Source: Pseudomonadota bacterium (GTDB lineage Bacteria > Pseudomonadota > Gammaproteobacteria > Burkholderiales > Burkholderiaceae_A). Taken from it: a stretch of DNA of 64,000 nt. The position numbers were made by a program, and so were the translations under genes. Shown here piece by piece: positions 1 through 8,763 of the stretch. The DNA lies in the NCBI GenBank assembly GCA_041171045.1, contig JBEDMQ010000102.1, forward strand, positions 3,048 through 67,047. The letters are read 5' to 3'. Position 1 is the stretch's first letter. Every line of letters starts with the position of its first letter. Under the pieces are notes generated by a model. That model did not search any database, had not been told where the DNA came from, and saw only the letters and a list, made by a program, of their open reading frames with translations.

Positions 1-852
1 ATCGTTGTTGGCCTGACCGAGCAGACGCTGGGTGTCGGGTACAGCCTCCGACTTCTTGGTATCGACGTTGGCCGAGGTGATGCCAGCCTCTTCGGCTGCC
101 AACATGGCGAAATGCACCCAGGTCACGAGCTTGGCCCAGTCTTCATCGCCGCGACGGACCACGGGACCCAGCGGCTCCTTGCTGATGATCTCGGGCAGGA
201 TCACATGGTCAGCAGGATTCTTCATGTCGTTGGCTCGAATTGCAGCCAACTGAGACGCGTCAGAGGTAAAGACCGCGCAACGTCCCTCTGCATAGGCAGC
301 AACCAGGGCCTTCAGGTCCTCGTAAACGACTGGCTTGTAGCTCATCTTCTTGGTGCGGAAGTAGTCAGCCAGATTCTTTTCGGTGGTGGTACCTGACTGA
401 ACACAGACCGTCGCACCCTTGAGTTGCTTGGCGGACTTCACATTGAGTTTCTTGGGGACCAGGAAACCCTGGCCGTCATAGAACGTCGTGACGCCAAAAC
501 TCAGACCCAGTTGGGTGTCACGGCTCATGGTCCAGGTGGTGTTACGAGACAGGATGTCGATTTCACCAGACTGCAATGCGGTGAAGCGCTGTGCAGCATT
601 CAAGGGCACATAACGCACCTTGTTGGCGTCACCCAGGGCTGCTGCAGCGACTGCGCGGCAGAAGTCAACGTCAAACCCAGTCCATTTGCCTGCACTGTCA
701 GCAATACCGAAACCACCAAGGCCGGCATTCACGCCGCAGGACACAGTGCCCTTTTGCTTGATGCTGTCCAGTGTTTTACCGGCAAAGGCAGAGGTTGAGG
801 ACAAGGCCAAGCCTGCCGCAAGGCCCAGGCTTAGAAGTGATTTTTTCAACAT
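1..852 (-). CDS. aapJ: General L-amino acid ABC transporter substrate-binding protein (AapJ/BztA family), 3' end outside the window
   Basis: Not in ORF track (runs off the edge). Hand translation from ATG at 852 (SD GGAGGAG): MLKKSLLSLGLAAGLALSSTSAFA signal peptide, then GFDVDFCRAVAAA, RFTALQSGEIDILSRNTTWTMSRD, FYDGQGF, ISKEPLGPVVRRGD, all AapJ hallmarks. Confidence 0.9.
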   Translation of the reverse strand, partial: MLKKSLLSLGLAAGLALSSTSAFAGKTLDSIKQKGTVSCGVNAGLGGFGIADSAGKWTGFDVDFCRAVAAAALGDANKVRYVPLNAAQRFTALQSGEIDILSRNTTWTMSRDTQLGLSFGVTTFYDGQGFLVPKKLNVKSAKQLKGATVCVQSGTTTEKNLADYFRTKKMSYKPVVYEDLKALVAAYAEGRCAVFTSDASQLAAIRANDMKNPADHVILPEIISKEPLGPVVRRGDEDWAKLVTWVHFAMLAAEEAGITSANVDTKKSEAVPDTQRLLGQANND

Positions 853-901
853 GAGGCACTCCTCCAGAAGTGTGAAAGACAAAGCAACCGCTTTTGATAA
901 G

Positions 902-918
902 AGCAAGTAGTGTGCCCG
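902..918 (-). promoter_or_regulatory. sigma54 (-24/-12) promoter for aapJ
   Basis: Minus strand reads CGGGCAC-ACTAC-TTGCT: GG-N10-GC with near-consensus flanks, about 50 nt upstream of the ATG. Confidence 0.7.
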
Positions 919-996
919 AAGGCTGCGAGCCTTGGTCAAAAGCCCGGGCAAAGCAAGGGCAAACCCTAGGGGCCTGCCGCTTATGCCGACCAAAGA

Positions 997-2817
997 CTAC
1001 TGGGCTTGGCGAGCCTGGAGCGCCCAGAGCTCGGCGTACCGCCCTCCTGCGGCCAAGAGGTCACGATGCTGGCCCTGCTCCACCAGCCGTCCTGACTCGA
1101 GCACCAGGATGTTGTCTGCCTCCACGATGGTGGAGAGGCGGTGGGCGATGACCAGGGTGGTTCGCCCTTTGGAGACCTCACGAATCTCCGCCTGAATGGC
1201 CCGCTCGGACTGGGAGTCCAGCGACGAAGTGGCTTCGTCGAAGACCATGATGGCCGGACGCTTGAGCAAGGCTCGGGCAATGGCCACCCGCTGCTTTTCG
1301 CCACCCGAGAGCTTCAGACCGCGTTCGCCGACCATGGTCTGGAGACCGTCCGGGAGCTTGGCCAGCAAGTCACCCAAATGTGCAGCCTGCGCCACAGCCA
1401 AGATCTCATCCTCGCTGGCATCGGGCCGACCGTATCGAATGTTGTAGGCCAGGGTGTCATTGAAGAGCACGGTGTCCTGCGGCACGATGCCAATGCTGCG
1501 CCTCAGCGAGGTCTGGCGAACATCCACGATGTCCTGACCATCGATCAGAATTCGACCAGACTGCGGATCGTAGAACCGATAGAGGAGCCGAGACAGCGTG
1601 CTCTTGCCCGCGCCAGACGACCCAACGACCGCAGTGGTTTTTCCTGCAGGACAGACAAAGCTCAGATCTTGAAAGATAGGCCGGCGGTCGTCGTATGAGA
1701 AATGAAGGTCTTCGAATCGGATCTCACCGTCTCGCACTTCCAGGTCCTGGGCATTGGGCTTGTCTGCGACCTCGCGGTGCACCACCAAGAGGCCAAACAG
1801 GCGCTCCATGTCGATGATGCTCTGTTTAACCTCGCGGTAGAGGACCCCCAGGAAGTTAAGCGGGATGTAGAGCTGGATCATGAAGGCATTCACCAACACC
1901 AGATCACCCAGCGTCATGCGGCCCTCTACCACCCCAACGGTCGCCTGCCACACCATCAGTGACACCGCTGCGGCGATGATCAGTGACTGTCCTACATTGA
2001 GGACCGACAAGGAGACCTGGCTTTTGATGGCGGCCTCCTGCCAACGCAACAGGCTTTGGTCATAACGACTGGCCTCAAACGCCTCGTTGTTGAAATACTT
2101 GACGGTCTCATAGTTCAGCAGCGAGTCAATAGCCTTGGCATTGGCCTTGGAGTCCAGGTCGTTCATCTGCCGACGAAAATGCGTTCGCCATTCCGTCACG
2201 GCGATGGTGTAGACCGCGTAGAGCACCAGAGCCGATAAGGTGATGACTGCAAAGATCGGTGGGTACTGCCAGGCCAGCCAGGCCGTCACCAGCAGGACCT
2301 CGACGGCGGTTGGAACAATGCTGTAAAGGGTGAAATTCACAAGCGTCGACACCCCGCGCGAACCACGCTCGATGTCTCGGGTCAGCCCACCGGTCTGTCG
2401 CTCCAGGTGAAAGCGCAGAGACAGGCTATGCAGGTGCTCAAAGACTCGTTTGGAAATGTCGCGAACGGCCCCCTGGGTCACCCTCGCGAAGACCACCTCG
2501 CGAAGCTCTGTAAAGGCGGTAGACGCCAGACGCATCAACCCGTAACCAAGGATCAGACCAATCGGTACGGTCAGCGGCGCGATGGCTGACGAGCTCAGCC
2601 CATCTACGATGTCTTTCAAAACAATCGGGACCCCAAGATTGGCCACCTTGGCCAAGAGCAGCGCAGACAAGGCAACCGCAATCCGCAGGCGATACGCCAG
2701 CAGATAGGGCAGCAGCGTCCTGATGACGGCCCAACTGCCCCGGGGAGCCCCTGTCGGAGGAGGAAATTTGGCAGCCTGCTGGGGATCAAACTCGTGAGTG
2801 GCGCTGTGGTGTCGCAT
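997..2817 (-). CDS. Atm1/ABCB7-type ABC exporter (fused permease + ATPase)
   Basis: FHLERQTGGLTRDIERG, DSLLNYETVKYFNNE, Walker A GSSGAGKST, LSGGEKQR, VFDEATSSLD. Start placed at MRHH (2817); the upstream extension of the ORF runs through a hairpin. Confidence 0.92.
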   Translation of the reverse strand: MRHHSATHEFDPQQAAKFPPPTGAPRGSWAVIRTLLPYLLAYRLRIAVALSALLLAKVANLGVPIVLKDIVDGLSSSAIAPLTVPIGLILGYGLMRLASTAFTELREVVFARVTQGAVRDISKRVFEHLHSLSLRFHLERQTGGLTRDIERGSRGVSTLVNFTLYSIVPTAVEVLLVTAWLAWQYPPIFAVITLSALVLYAVYTIAVTEWRTHFRRQMNDLDSKANAKAIDSLLNYETVKYFNNEAFEASRYDQSLLRWQEAAIKSQVSLSVLNVGQSLIIAAAVSLMVWQATVGVVEGRMTLGDLVLVNAFMIQLYIPLNFLGVLYREVKQSIIDMERLFGLLVVHREVADKPNAQDLEVRDGEIRFEDLHFSYDDRRPIFQDLSFVCPAGKTTAVVGSSGAGKSTLSRLLYRFYDPQSGRILIDGQDIVDVRQTSLRRSIGIVPQDTVLFNDTLAYNIRYGRPDASEDEILAVAQAAHLGDLLAKLPDGLQTMVGERGLKLSGGEKQRVAIARALLKRPAIMVFDEATSSLDSQSERAIQAEIREVSKGRTTLVIAHRLSTIVEADNILVLESGRLVEQGQHRDLLAAGGRYAELWALQARQAQ

Positions 2818-2864
2818 GACCCCATTGTAGGGGCAGCTCAAGCCACCAGAGCAGCCGACAGGCC

Positions 2865-2904
2865 ACCGGCTGGAGGGGCGGATCCGCCCGCCCCTCCAGC
2901 CGGT
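2865..2904. repeat. Perfect 17-bp inverted repeat (hairpin) between cynS and the ABC exporter gene
   Basis: ACCGGCTGGAGGGGCGG-ATCCGC-CCGCCCCTCCAGCCGGT; no U-tract on either strand. Confidence 0.85.
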
Positions 2905-2917
2905 CATCAGGCGCTCA

Positions 2918-3382
2918 TCAGTAAGTCTTGTATGGCAGGAACTTGCCAGACATCACGATCTGTACACGGTCACCATTCGGGTCATTCTGACGCTGCATAT
3001 CCATCTTGAAGTCGATTGCACTCATGATGCCGTCGCCGAACTCCTCGTGAATCAGTTCTTTGAACGTGGTGCCATACACGGAGATCAGCTCGTAGAACCG
3101 ATAAATCAATGGATCCGTTGGTACCGCGGTGGGCAGGGATCCTTTGTAGGGGACCGTCTCTAGGACGGGAATCGCTTCTGCTGGAAGACTAAAAATCTTG
3201 GCGATGGTCTTGGCCTGAGCGTTGGTCAAGGTCATCTGACCCAGACAGGCTGCCGTGACCCATTCCTTGGATAGCTTGAGCTTCGGAGCAACATCGGCCC
3301 ACTTGATTCGCTTTTGAATCTTGGCGGCCATAATCATGTCGGTGACTTCTTCGCGGGTCAGACTTTTAACGGCTGCAGACAT
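2918..3382 (-). CDS. cynS: Cyanate hydratase (cyanase)
   Basis: PTDPLIYRFYE, LIHEEFGDGIMSAIDF, MSGKFLPY signature; 154 aa. Confidence 0.97.
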   Translation of the reverse strand: MSAAVKSLTREEVTDMIMAAKIQKRIKWADVAPKLKLSKEWVTAACLGQMTLTNAQAKTIAKIFSLPAEAIPVLETVPYKGSLPTAVPTDPLIYRFYELISVYGTTFKELIHEEFGDGIMSAIDFKMDMQRQNDPNGDRVQIVMSGKFLPYKTY

Positions 3383-3395
3383 AAAACACTCCTTT

Positions 3396-4268
3396 TTAGT
3401 TAAGCGTGTTGACAGAGGAAGATGAGGCGGTGGAGAGGCCTGGGCTCACCATGCGTGGGCTCGAGGGCTTTTTCTCTTGGCCAACCGATATGGCTTTGGC
3501 ACGGTTAACCAGAAAATCCACCAAATGATTTCGAATGGGGTAGTACTGCGGCTGATGATGCAGGGTGGCTCGTCGACGATCACGAGGCAGGGTGTTGACA
3601 ACCACCTCGGCAATGACCGCCTGCGGACCGTTGGACATCAGCATGATCTTGTCAGCCAGGAAAATCGCCTCGTCCACGTCGTGTGTGATCATGAAGACCG
3701 TCTGACCCGTCTGCTGAACAATTTGAAGCAGCTCGTCTTGGATGCTGCCGCGGGTCAGGGCATCCAGGGCCCCAAACGGCTCGTCCAGAAGCAACATCTT
3801 CGGCTGTATAGAAAAGGCCCTCGCAATACCAACGCGCTGCTTCATGCCACCGGACAACTCCGAGGGGCGCTTGTCCTCGGCCCCCTTGAGATGAACCATC
3901 TCGATGTATCGCATCGCATGCTCGTCGACCTGGGCCCTAGACCAATCGGGATATCTTGAGCGAACAGCAAAAGCAACGTTGGCCTTAACAGTCAGCCAAG
4001 GCATCAGGGCATGAGTCTGAAAGACCACGCCCCTGTCCAGGCTTGGGCCAGACACCTCCCGACCATCCATAAAGACCTGGCCAGCGGACTGGCTCTCCAG
4101 GCCTGCCAAGACATTGAGGATGGTGGTCTTGCCACAGCCTGAGTGACCGATGATGCAGACGAACTCCCCTTTTTCAATCCCAAAGTTCACACCCTCAAAG
4201 ACCACGGTTTCACCACCCGAGCGCATGGGATAGATTTTTTTAAGCTGATCGACTTTAAGAAAGGTCAT
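3396..4268 (-). CDS. cynD: Nitrate/cyanate ABC transporter ATP-binding subunit (NrtD/CynD-like)
   Basis: IGHSGCGKT, LSGGMKQRVGIARAF, LLLDEPFGALDALTR, ITHDVDEA; directly upstream of cynS. Confidence 0.85.
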   Translation of the reverse strand: MTFLKVDQLKKIYPMRSGGETVVFEGVNFGIEKGEFVCIIGHSGCGKTTILNVLAGLESQSAGQVFMDGREVSGPSLDRGVVFQTHALMPWLTVKANVAFAVRSRYPDWSRAQVDEHAMRYIEMVHLKGAEDKRPSELSGGMKQRVGIARAFSIQPKMLLLDEPFGALDALTRGSIQDELLQIVQQTGQTVFMITHDVDEAIFLADKIMLMSNGPQAVIAEVVVNTLPRDRRRATLHHQPQYYPIRNHLVDFLVNRAKAISVGQEKKPSSPRMVSPGLSTASSSSVNTLN

Positions 4269-4272
4269 GGCA

Positions 4273-5115
4273 TCAATCCTTGTAGGTCAGGGCTTTCTGA
4301 AGCCGAGCGAAGAGAGTGTCCAGCAGCATGCCCACGAGACCGATGGCTAGGACTGCCACCAGAATGTTGGCAATCGAGAGGTTGTTCCACTCATTCCAAA
4401 CGAAGTAACCGATGCCTGTTCCACCAACCAGCATCTCCGCTGCCACAATCACCAGCCACGCGATGCCAATCGAAATCCGCATACCGGTCATGATGGTGGG
4501 TGCAGCGGCCGGTAAGACGACAAAAAGCGCCTTGCGGACTGGGTTGAGCTCGAGCGTCTTGGCGACATCCAGCCAATCCTTGCGGACCGCCGACACGCCA
4601 AAGGCTGTGTTCATGAGCATCGGCCAGACCGAGCAGATAAAAATCACGAACACGGCCGAGACATCGCTGTCCTTGAGGGTGAACAGAGCCAGCGGCATCC
4701 AGGCCAGCGGAGAAATGGGCTTGAGTACCTGAATGAATGGATCCAAGGCCCGCATCACGAGCGGCGACATGCCAATCAGAAACCCCAGGGGAACCGCCAG
4801 CAGTGCCGCTGCTCCGAAGCCCAACGCCACCCGACCAACCGAGTAGCCCAGCTGGATGCCAATGCCCTTGTCATTGGGTCCGTTGTCGTAGAACGGGTTG
4901 GTGAGTGCCTCGGCCAGCTTCTGACCAAGATCGGCGGGTCGAGGAAAGGCGGACTGCTGACCAGAGGCCGCTGCCCCTCCAACCAGCCGGGCGTAGTCAT
5001 CGTTCACGACCTGGCTGGAAGACACCGGCATCGTGGCGATATGCCAAGACACCAGAAAGGTCACCAAGATCAAAACCGATAGAACTGCAGCCCTGAGGGT
5101 GAGGGAGGCCTTCAT
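4273..5115 (-). CDS. cynB: Nitrate/cyanate ABC transporter permease (NrtB/CynB-like)
   Basis: PFYDNGPNDKGIG, LKPISPLAWMP, IAWLVIVAAEML, GIGYFVWNEWN. Confidence 0.85.
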   Translation of the reverse strand: MKASLTLRAAVLSVLILVTFLVSWHIATMPVSSSQVVNDDYARLVGGAAASGQQSAFPRPADLGQKLAEALTNPFYDNGPNDKGIGIQLGYSVGRVALGFGAAALLAVPLGFLIGMSPLVMRALDPFIQVLKPISPLAWMPLALFTLKDSDVSAVFVIFICSVWPMLMNTAFGVSAVRKDWLDVAKTLELNPVRKALFVVLPAAAPTIMTGMRISIGIAWLVIVAAEMLVGGTGIGYFVWNEWNNLSIANILVAVLAIGLVGMLLDTLFARLQKALTYKD

Positions 5116-5117
5116 GG

Positions 5118-6491
5118 TCAGACCCGTCCAATCTTGAAGCTCTTGGCGTAGGCGGCCGCCTTGGACGGGTCAAAGGGCTTGCCCATCACCGAGAAAGTCT
5201 TGCTGCTAGACGGCGGCGGTGTCAGACCAGCCTCCTTCATCAGACGAGCCGCGTCGGTAGCAAGGAAAACCTCTTTGGCCACCTTCTGATAGTCCACCTC
5301 ACCCTTGATCTGACCCCAGCGCTGCATCTGCGTGAGAATCCAAACAGCGAAGGACTCCCACGGGAAGGGGTCAAAATCGATTCGGTTGGCGTCTTTTTTG
5401 ACGTTGCCCAGCCCATCGGCATAAGTGCCGGTTAGGACTTGCTCGACCACCGTCACAGGCTGATTCAGATAATTGGTCGGAGAAATGGCCGCGGCGATCT
5501 CCTTTCGATTTTCAGGTTTCCGGGCATAGGCGGTGGCCTGAACAATCGCTCGCAGAAGCGCGCCATAGGTGTTGGGCATTGACGTCACAAACTCCTTGCT
5601 GGCTGCAAAGGCACAACAAGGGTGACCGTCCCAAATTTCTTTCGACAGGATGTGGATAAATCCAACCCCGTCGTAGACCGCCCTCTGATTGACCGGATCA
5701 GGTGCCAGGAAGCCATCGATGTTTCCGGCCCTCAGGTTGGCCACCATTTCTGGTGGTGGGACCACGCGAATCTGAATATCGGTATCAGGGTCCAAGCCAT
5801 ATTCCGCTACGTAGTACCGCAGCAGATAGTTGTGCATGGAGTAGTCAAAAGGAACCGCAAACTTGAAACCCTTCCAGGATTTTGGATCGCGACGGTCCTT
5901 GTGCTTCATGGCCAGCGTAATGGCCTGACCATTGATGTTCTCAACCGCAGGCATCGTGTAAGGCTGCGGGGCGGCACCGGCACCGAGGCTGATGGCCAAG
6001 GGCATGGGAGAGAGCATATGGGCGGCGTCGTACTCCTTGTTCAGGGTCTTATCCCGAATGACGGCCCAGCCAGCTGTCTTGACCACTTCCACATCAAGGC
6101 CCTGCTTGCTGTAAAAGCCCATGGGGTGAGCCATGATGATGGGCGTTGCACAGGTGATGGGGATGAAGCCGACCTTCAGTTTGGTCTTTTCCAATTTGCC
6201 AGGTGTCGCCGCAAAAGCCTCTTTGGCCATAGCCATTGGGAACAGACTGGAGACCGCCGCCATGGCGGTGGGCGTACCCACTGCCTTTAGAAAGCGACGA
6301 CGAAGGTCGTCATTGGGGAACAGGGCACGAAGAATGCCCTGTTCAACCACCCGGCCCGTCAGGGCGTCGTCTTGTTGGGCGAGTGCGCGGCTCTCGGCGG
6401 CAATGTGCTCGGCCTCGCTGGTGTGCTGGCCACATGAGCAGCGCGAGCGTAAGGAGATGTTGTGGTTAAACGGATTTGAAAAGATCGACAT
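5118..6491 (-). CDS. cynA: CmpA/NrtA-family substrate-binding protein, probably cyanate-binding (CynA), Tat-exported
   Basis: GFIPITCATP, NINGQAITL, FAVPFDYSMHNYLLRY, PPPEMVANL, HPCC; twin-arginine RRRFLK...AFA. Start at MSIFSNPF with SD GGAG. Confidence 0.85.
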   Translation of the reverse strand: MSIFSNPFNHNISLRSRCSCGQHTSEAEHIAAESRALAQQDDALTGRVVEQGILRALFPNDDLRRRFLKAVGTPTAMAAVSSLFPMAMAKEAFAATPGKLEKTKLKVGFIPITCATPIIMAHPMGFYSKQGLDVEVVKTAGWAVIRDKTLNKEYDAAHMLSPMPLAISLGAGAAPQPYTMPAVENINGQAITLAMKHKDRRDPKSWKGFKFAVPFDYSMHNYLLRYYVAEYGLDPDTDIQIRVVPPPEMVANLRAGNIDGFLAPDPVNQRAVYDGVGFIHILSKEIWDGHPCCAFAASKEFVTSMPNTYGALLRAIVQATAYARKPENRKEIAAAISPTNYLNQPVTVVEQVLTGTYADGLGNVKKDANRIDFDPFPWESFAVWILTQMQRWGQIKGEVDYQKVAKEVFLATDAARLMKEAGLTPPPSSSKTFSVMGKPFDPSKAAAYAKSFKIGRV

Positions 6492-6526
6492 GATTCGCTC
6501 CGGTTGAGGAAGAGACAACCGGTTAA

Positions 6527-6543
6527 TGCAGAAAGCATGCCAA
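6527..6543 (-). promoter_or_regulatory. sigma54 (-24/-12) promoter for the cyn operon
   Basis: Minus strand TTGGCATGCTTTCTGCA = GG-N10-GC, 36 nt upstream of the cynA ATG. Confidence 0.8.
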
Positions 6544-6606
6544 TCCCGTTTTCACCGCCACACCAACCAGATTGGTGACTCAGAACGATGTGGTGCCTCC
6601 CGTTGG

Positions 6607-6672
6607 GAACTGTTTTGGTGCGTTGGTCTCTCAAAATCGCACGAACAAGGTCCCCTCGCACCAGTTGGGTGC
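6607..6672. promoter_or_regulatory. NtrC-type enhancer sites
   Basis: Perfect GCAC-N7-GTGC at 6658-6672 (GCACCAGTTGGGTGC); one-mismatch copies at 6639-6653 and 6607-6621; 65-130 bp upstream of the sigma54 promoter. Confidence 0.7.
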
Positions 6673-7562
6673 TATTTTTTTCGTGGTGGCACGGTAGCAA
6701 TCCAACCTTCCAGGGGGTCCAGGTCGTCGGGCAGGCCAAACCTGGGTAGCACCGCTGCCTGAGCGGCCTGCAGTGCGCAGATCACGGCATCCAATGCATC
6801 TCCCCGCGCCTCCAAGATCATGCACTCGCGCAACGATTCCGGCACTCGACAGGCCACCGTCAGTCCTGCACGACCCGACAGCAACGCCTCGACAATCTGT
6901 GTTCTGGCAACCAGCCGATCGGCCGTCTGCTGTGATGGGTTATCTGACTTGTAGGAGGCGCGGGTCATCTGTCTAGCCGTAAACCCTGGGTAAGCCTCGA
7001 GGGCCACCCGGGCCTGGACCTGGTCGTCCGTCAGGCGGCCGTCAAATGTCCAAGCAGACAAGGGGTGGCGATGGGCTGGAAAAACCAGCCCCGCCGACTT
7101 CATACGCCCGATGCCCGCCTGCATCATCCAGGCGACCGGTGGATTGGTCCAACGCATGGCTGGGCTGGACCCGGCGGGCTTGTCGGCCTGTCGCCAGGCA
7201 AACTTCTGACCAACCGGTCTGGCATTGCACCACTGACGAAAAGACTCACGCAAGGACTCTCTGGGGGCGCCACAAAAAAAGTCCACAAAGGCCTCCCATT
7301 GCAAAGGCCAGCCATAGTGGGTGGCCAAGGCCCTGGGTTGACCAAACGGTAGATCAAACCCACCAAGCCAAGGCCCTGGTCGCTGCAGAAACTCAGAAAA
7401 GGCAGACAAGCTCTCCAGCCACTCCAGCCGATCCACCTGCAGGGTCGCTTGACTACTGGTCTCGAGTCTCAACTGCCCGACCGCGACCGCTATCGGCTTT
7501 CGCCGGCAGGGTGCACTGCTGAAATCCACGCCATAGACCGTGATGGACTTAGCCATTGACAT
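6672..7562 (-). CDS. DUF429-family protein (predicted RNase H-like nuclease fold)
   Basis: GVDFSSAP, GGFDLPFGQP, LEAYPG, GDALDAVIC, LEGWI motifs; overlaps the clsB stop. Confidence 0.75.
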   Translation of the reverse strand: MSMAKSITVYGVDFSSAPCRRKPIAVAVGQLRLETSSQATLQVDRLEWLESLSAFSEFLQRPGPWLGGFDLPFGQPRALATHYGWPLQWEAFVDFFCGAPRESLRESFRQWCNARPVGQKFAWRQADKPAGSSPAMRWTNPPVAWMMQAGIGRMKSAGLVFPAHRHPLSAWTFDGRLTDDQVQARVALEAYPGFTARQMTRASYKSDNPSQQTADRLVARTQIVEALLSGRAGLTVACRVPESLRECMILEARGDALDAVICALQAAQAAVLPRFGLPDDLDPLEGWIATVPPRKK

Positions 7563-8763
7563 GCGCCCGGCGACTGATCGCTACGAAGATCCTGAGCCCA
7601 AGGAGAGACATGGCCATGACCATCTGATGCAGCGCCCGTTGAGCCGACCCTCGGGCCCCTCGGTATCGAAGTCTGGGGGAATGCAGCCGCTCGGCCCCTT
7701 GTGCGATAGCCAACTCCAAGGCAGACCGAACCTGCACCGCGAATTGGGGCTGTTCGATCGCCAGGTTGGCCTCCAGAGACAGCATAAGAGAGAACGGATC
7801 GATGTTAGAAGACCCAATGGTGACCCAGTCGTCTACACACAGAACCTTGGCATGCAGAAAGCTCCTGCGATATTCATAAATCTCAACACCCTCGTCAACC
7901 AGTTCACTCACCAAAGCCTGCTGGGCCCAGTGGGCCCACCAGTACTCCACACGCCCTTGGATGAGCAGTCGGACACGAACACCCGACTGAGCGGCGCCCA
8001 CCAGCGCATTGCGCAGCGCTCGGGTCGGAAGAAAGTAGGCCATGGCCATCACGATGTCCCGTTCGGCCGAGCGAATGGCTTGGTGGTAAGCACGCTCAAT
8101 GGTGTGTCGATGCCGCAGGTTGTCTCGGAGTAGCAGTCGAACCTGTCGACGATCTCCTCCCGGTAAGGCGGATTGCCAAGGCCTGCGCAGCGTGGGCCGC
8201 AGGCTACGCCAGAGGTCCCTCACTTCTTGACCCTTTGGCCGAGATCTCAATAGAGTGGCCCAACTCAGGCGCCACCAGGTGGACTGGGCCAGGCGAGCCA
8301 CCTGACCACAGACAGAAGGCCACTGCGTTCGAACCGCCATGTCGAAACGGGGTTGCTCCAGTGATCCATGGTGTAGGTCCACATGGTCACCGATCAGGTT
8401 GATGCCGCCCAGGTACAAGGTCTGCTGATCAATCAGGACTAATTTTCGATGAAGACGGCGCCAGGATGACGGCGAAAACAGACGAACGCCAGGGCGAAAA
8501 ACGCGCCATGCCACACCGCTGTTCAGCCAGCGATCGCGCAGGGCTGATAGCCCGACTTGGCCACCAAACCCGTCCACCACCACCCTGACCCGAACACCCC
8601 GAGCGGCGGCTCTCTCAAGGGCGGTTAAAACCAGCTCGGTCTCCTGATCAACGGACAGCAGGTAGGTCTCCAGGTAAACCTGGTCGGTGGCGCGATCAAT
8701 GTCCTCAACGAGCCGAGCAAAATACTGCTGGCCATTGACCAGAAGCATTGGCTGACGCCTCAT
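7549..8763 (-). CDS. clsB: Cardiolipin synthase ClsB (phospholipase D family)
   Basis: Two HKD motifs (HRKLVLID, HAKVLCVD), GGIN, GSSNIDPFS, no N-terminal TM; follows an EEP/YbhP-like domain as in ybhP-clsB. Confidence 0.88.
   Translation of the reverse strand: MRRQPMLLVNGQQYFARLVEDIDRATDQVYLETYLLSVDQETELVLTALERAAARGVRVRVVVDGFGGQVGLSALRDRWLNSGVAWRVFRPGVRLFSPSSWRRLHRKLVLIDQQTLYLGGINLIGDHVDLHHGSLEQPRFDMAVRTQWPSVCGQVARLAQSTWWRLSWATLLRSRPKGQEVRDLWRSLRPTLRRPWQSALPGGDRRQVRLLLRDNLRHRHTIERAYHQAIRSAERDIVMAMAYFLPTRALRNALVGAAQSGVRVRLLIQGRVEYWWAHWAQQALVSELVDEGVEIYEYRRSFLHAKVLCVDDWVTIGSSNIDPFSLMLSLEANLAIEQPQFAVQVRSALELAIAQGAERLHSPRLRYRGARGSAQRALHQMVMAMSLLGLRIFVAISRRAHVNG

Noticed and set aside
956-967. 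AGGG-CAAA-CCCT palindrome upstream of aapJ, with loose look-alikes near 13187-13198 and 13712-13725
   Set aside because: Spacer lengths differ (4, 5 and 6 nt) and the arms are too short to support a shared regulator site without a genome-wide scan.
2818-2907. N-terminal extension of the ABC exporter in the ORF track
   Set aside because: Runs through the 17-bp hairpin and a -10-like box; the downstream ATG at 2817 is more plausible.
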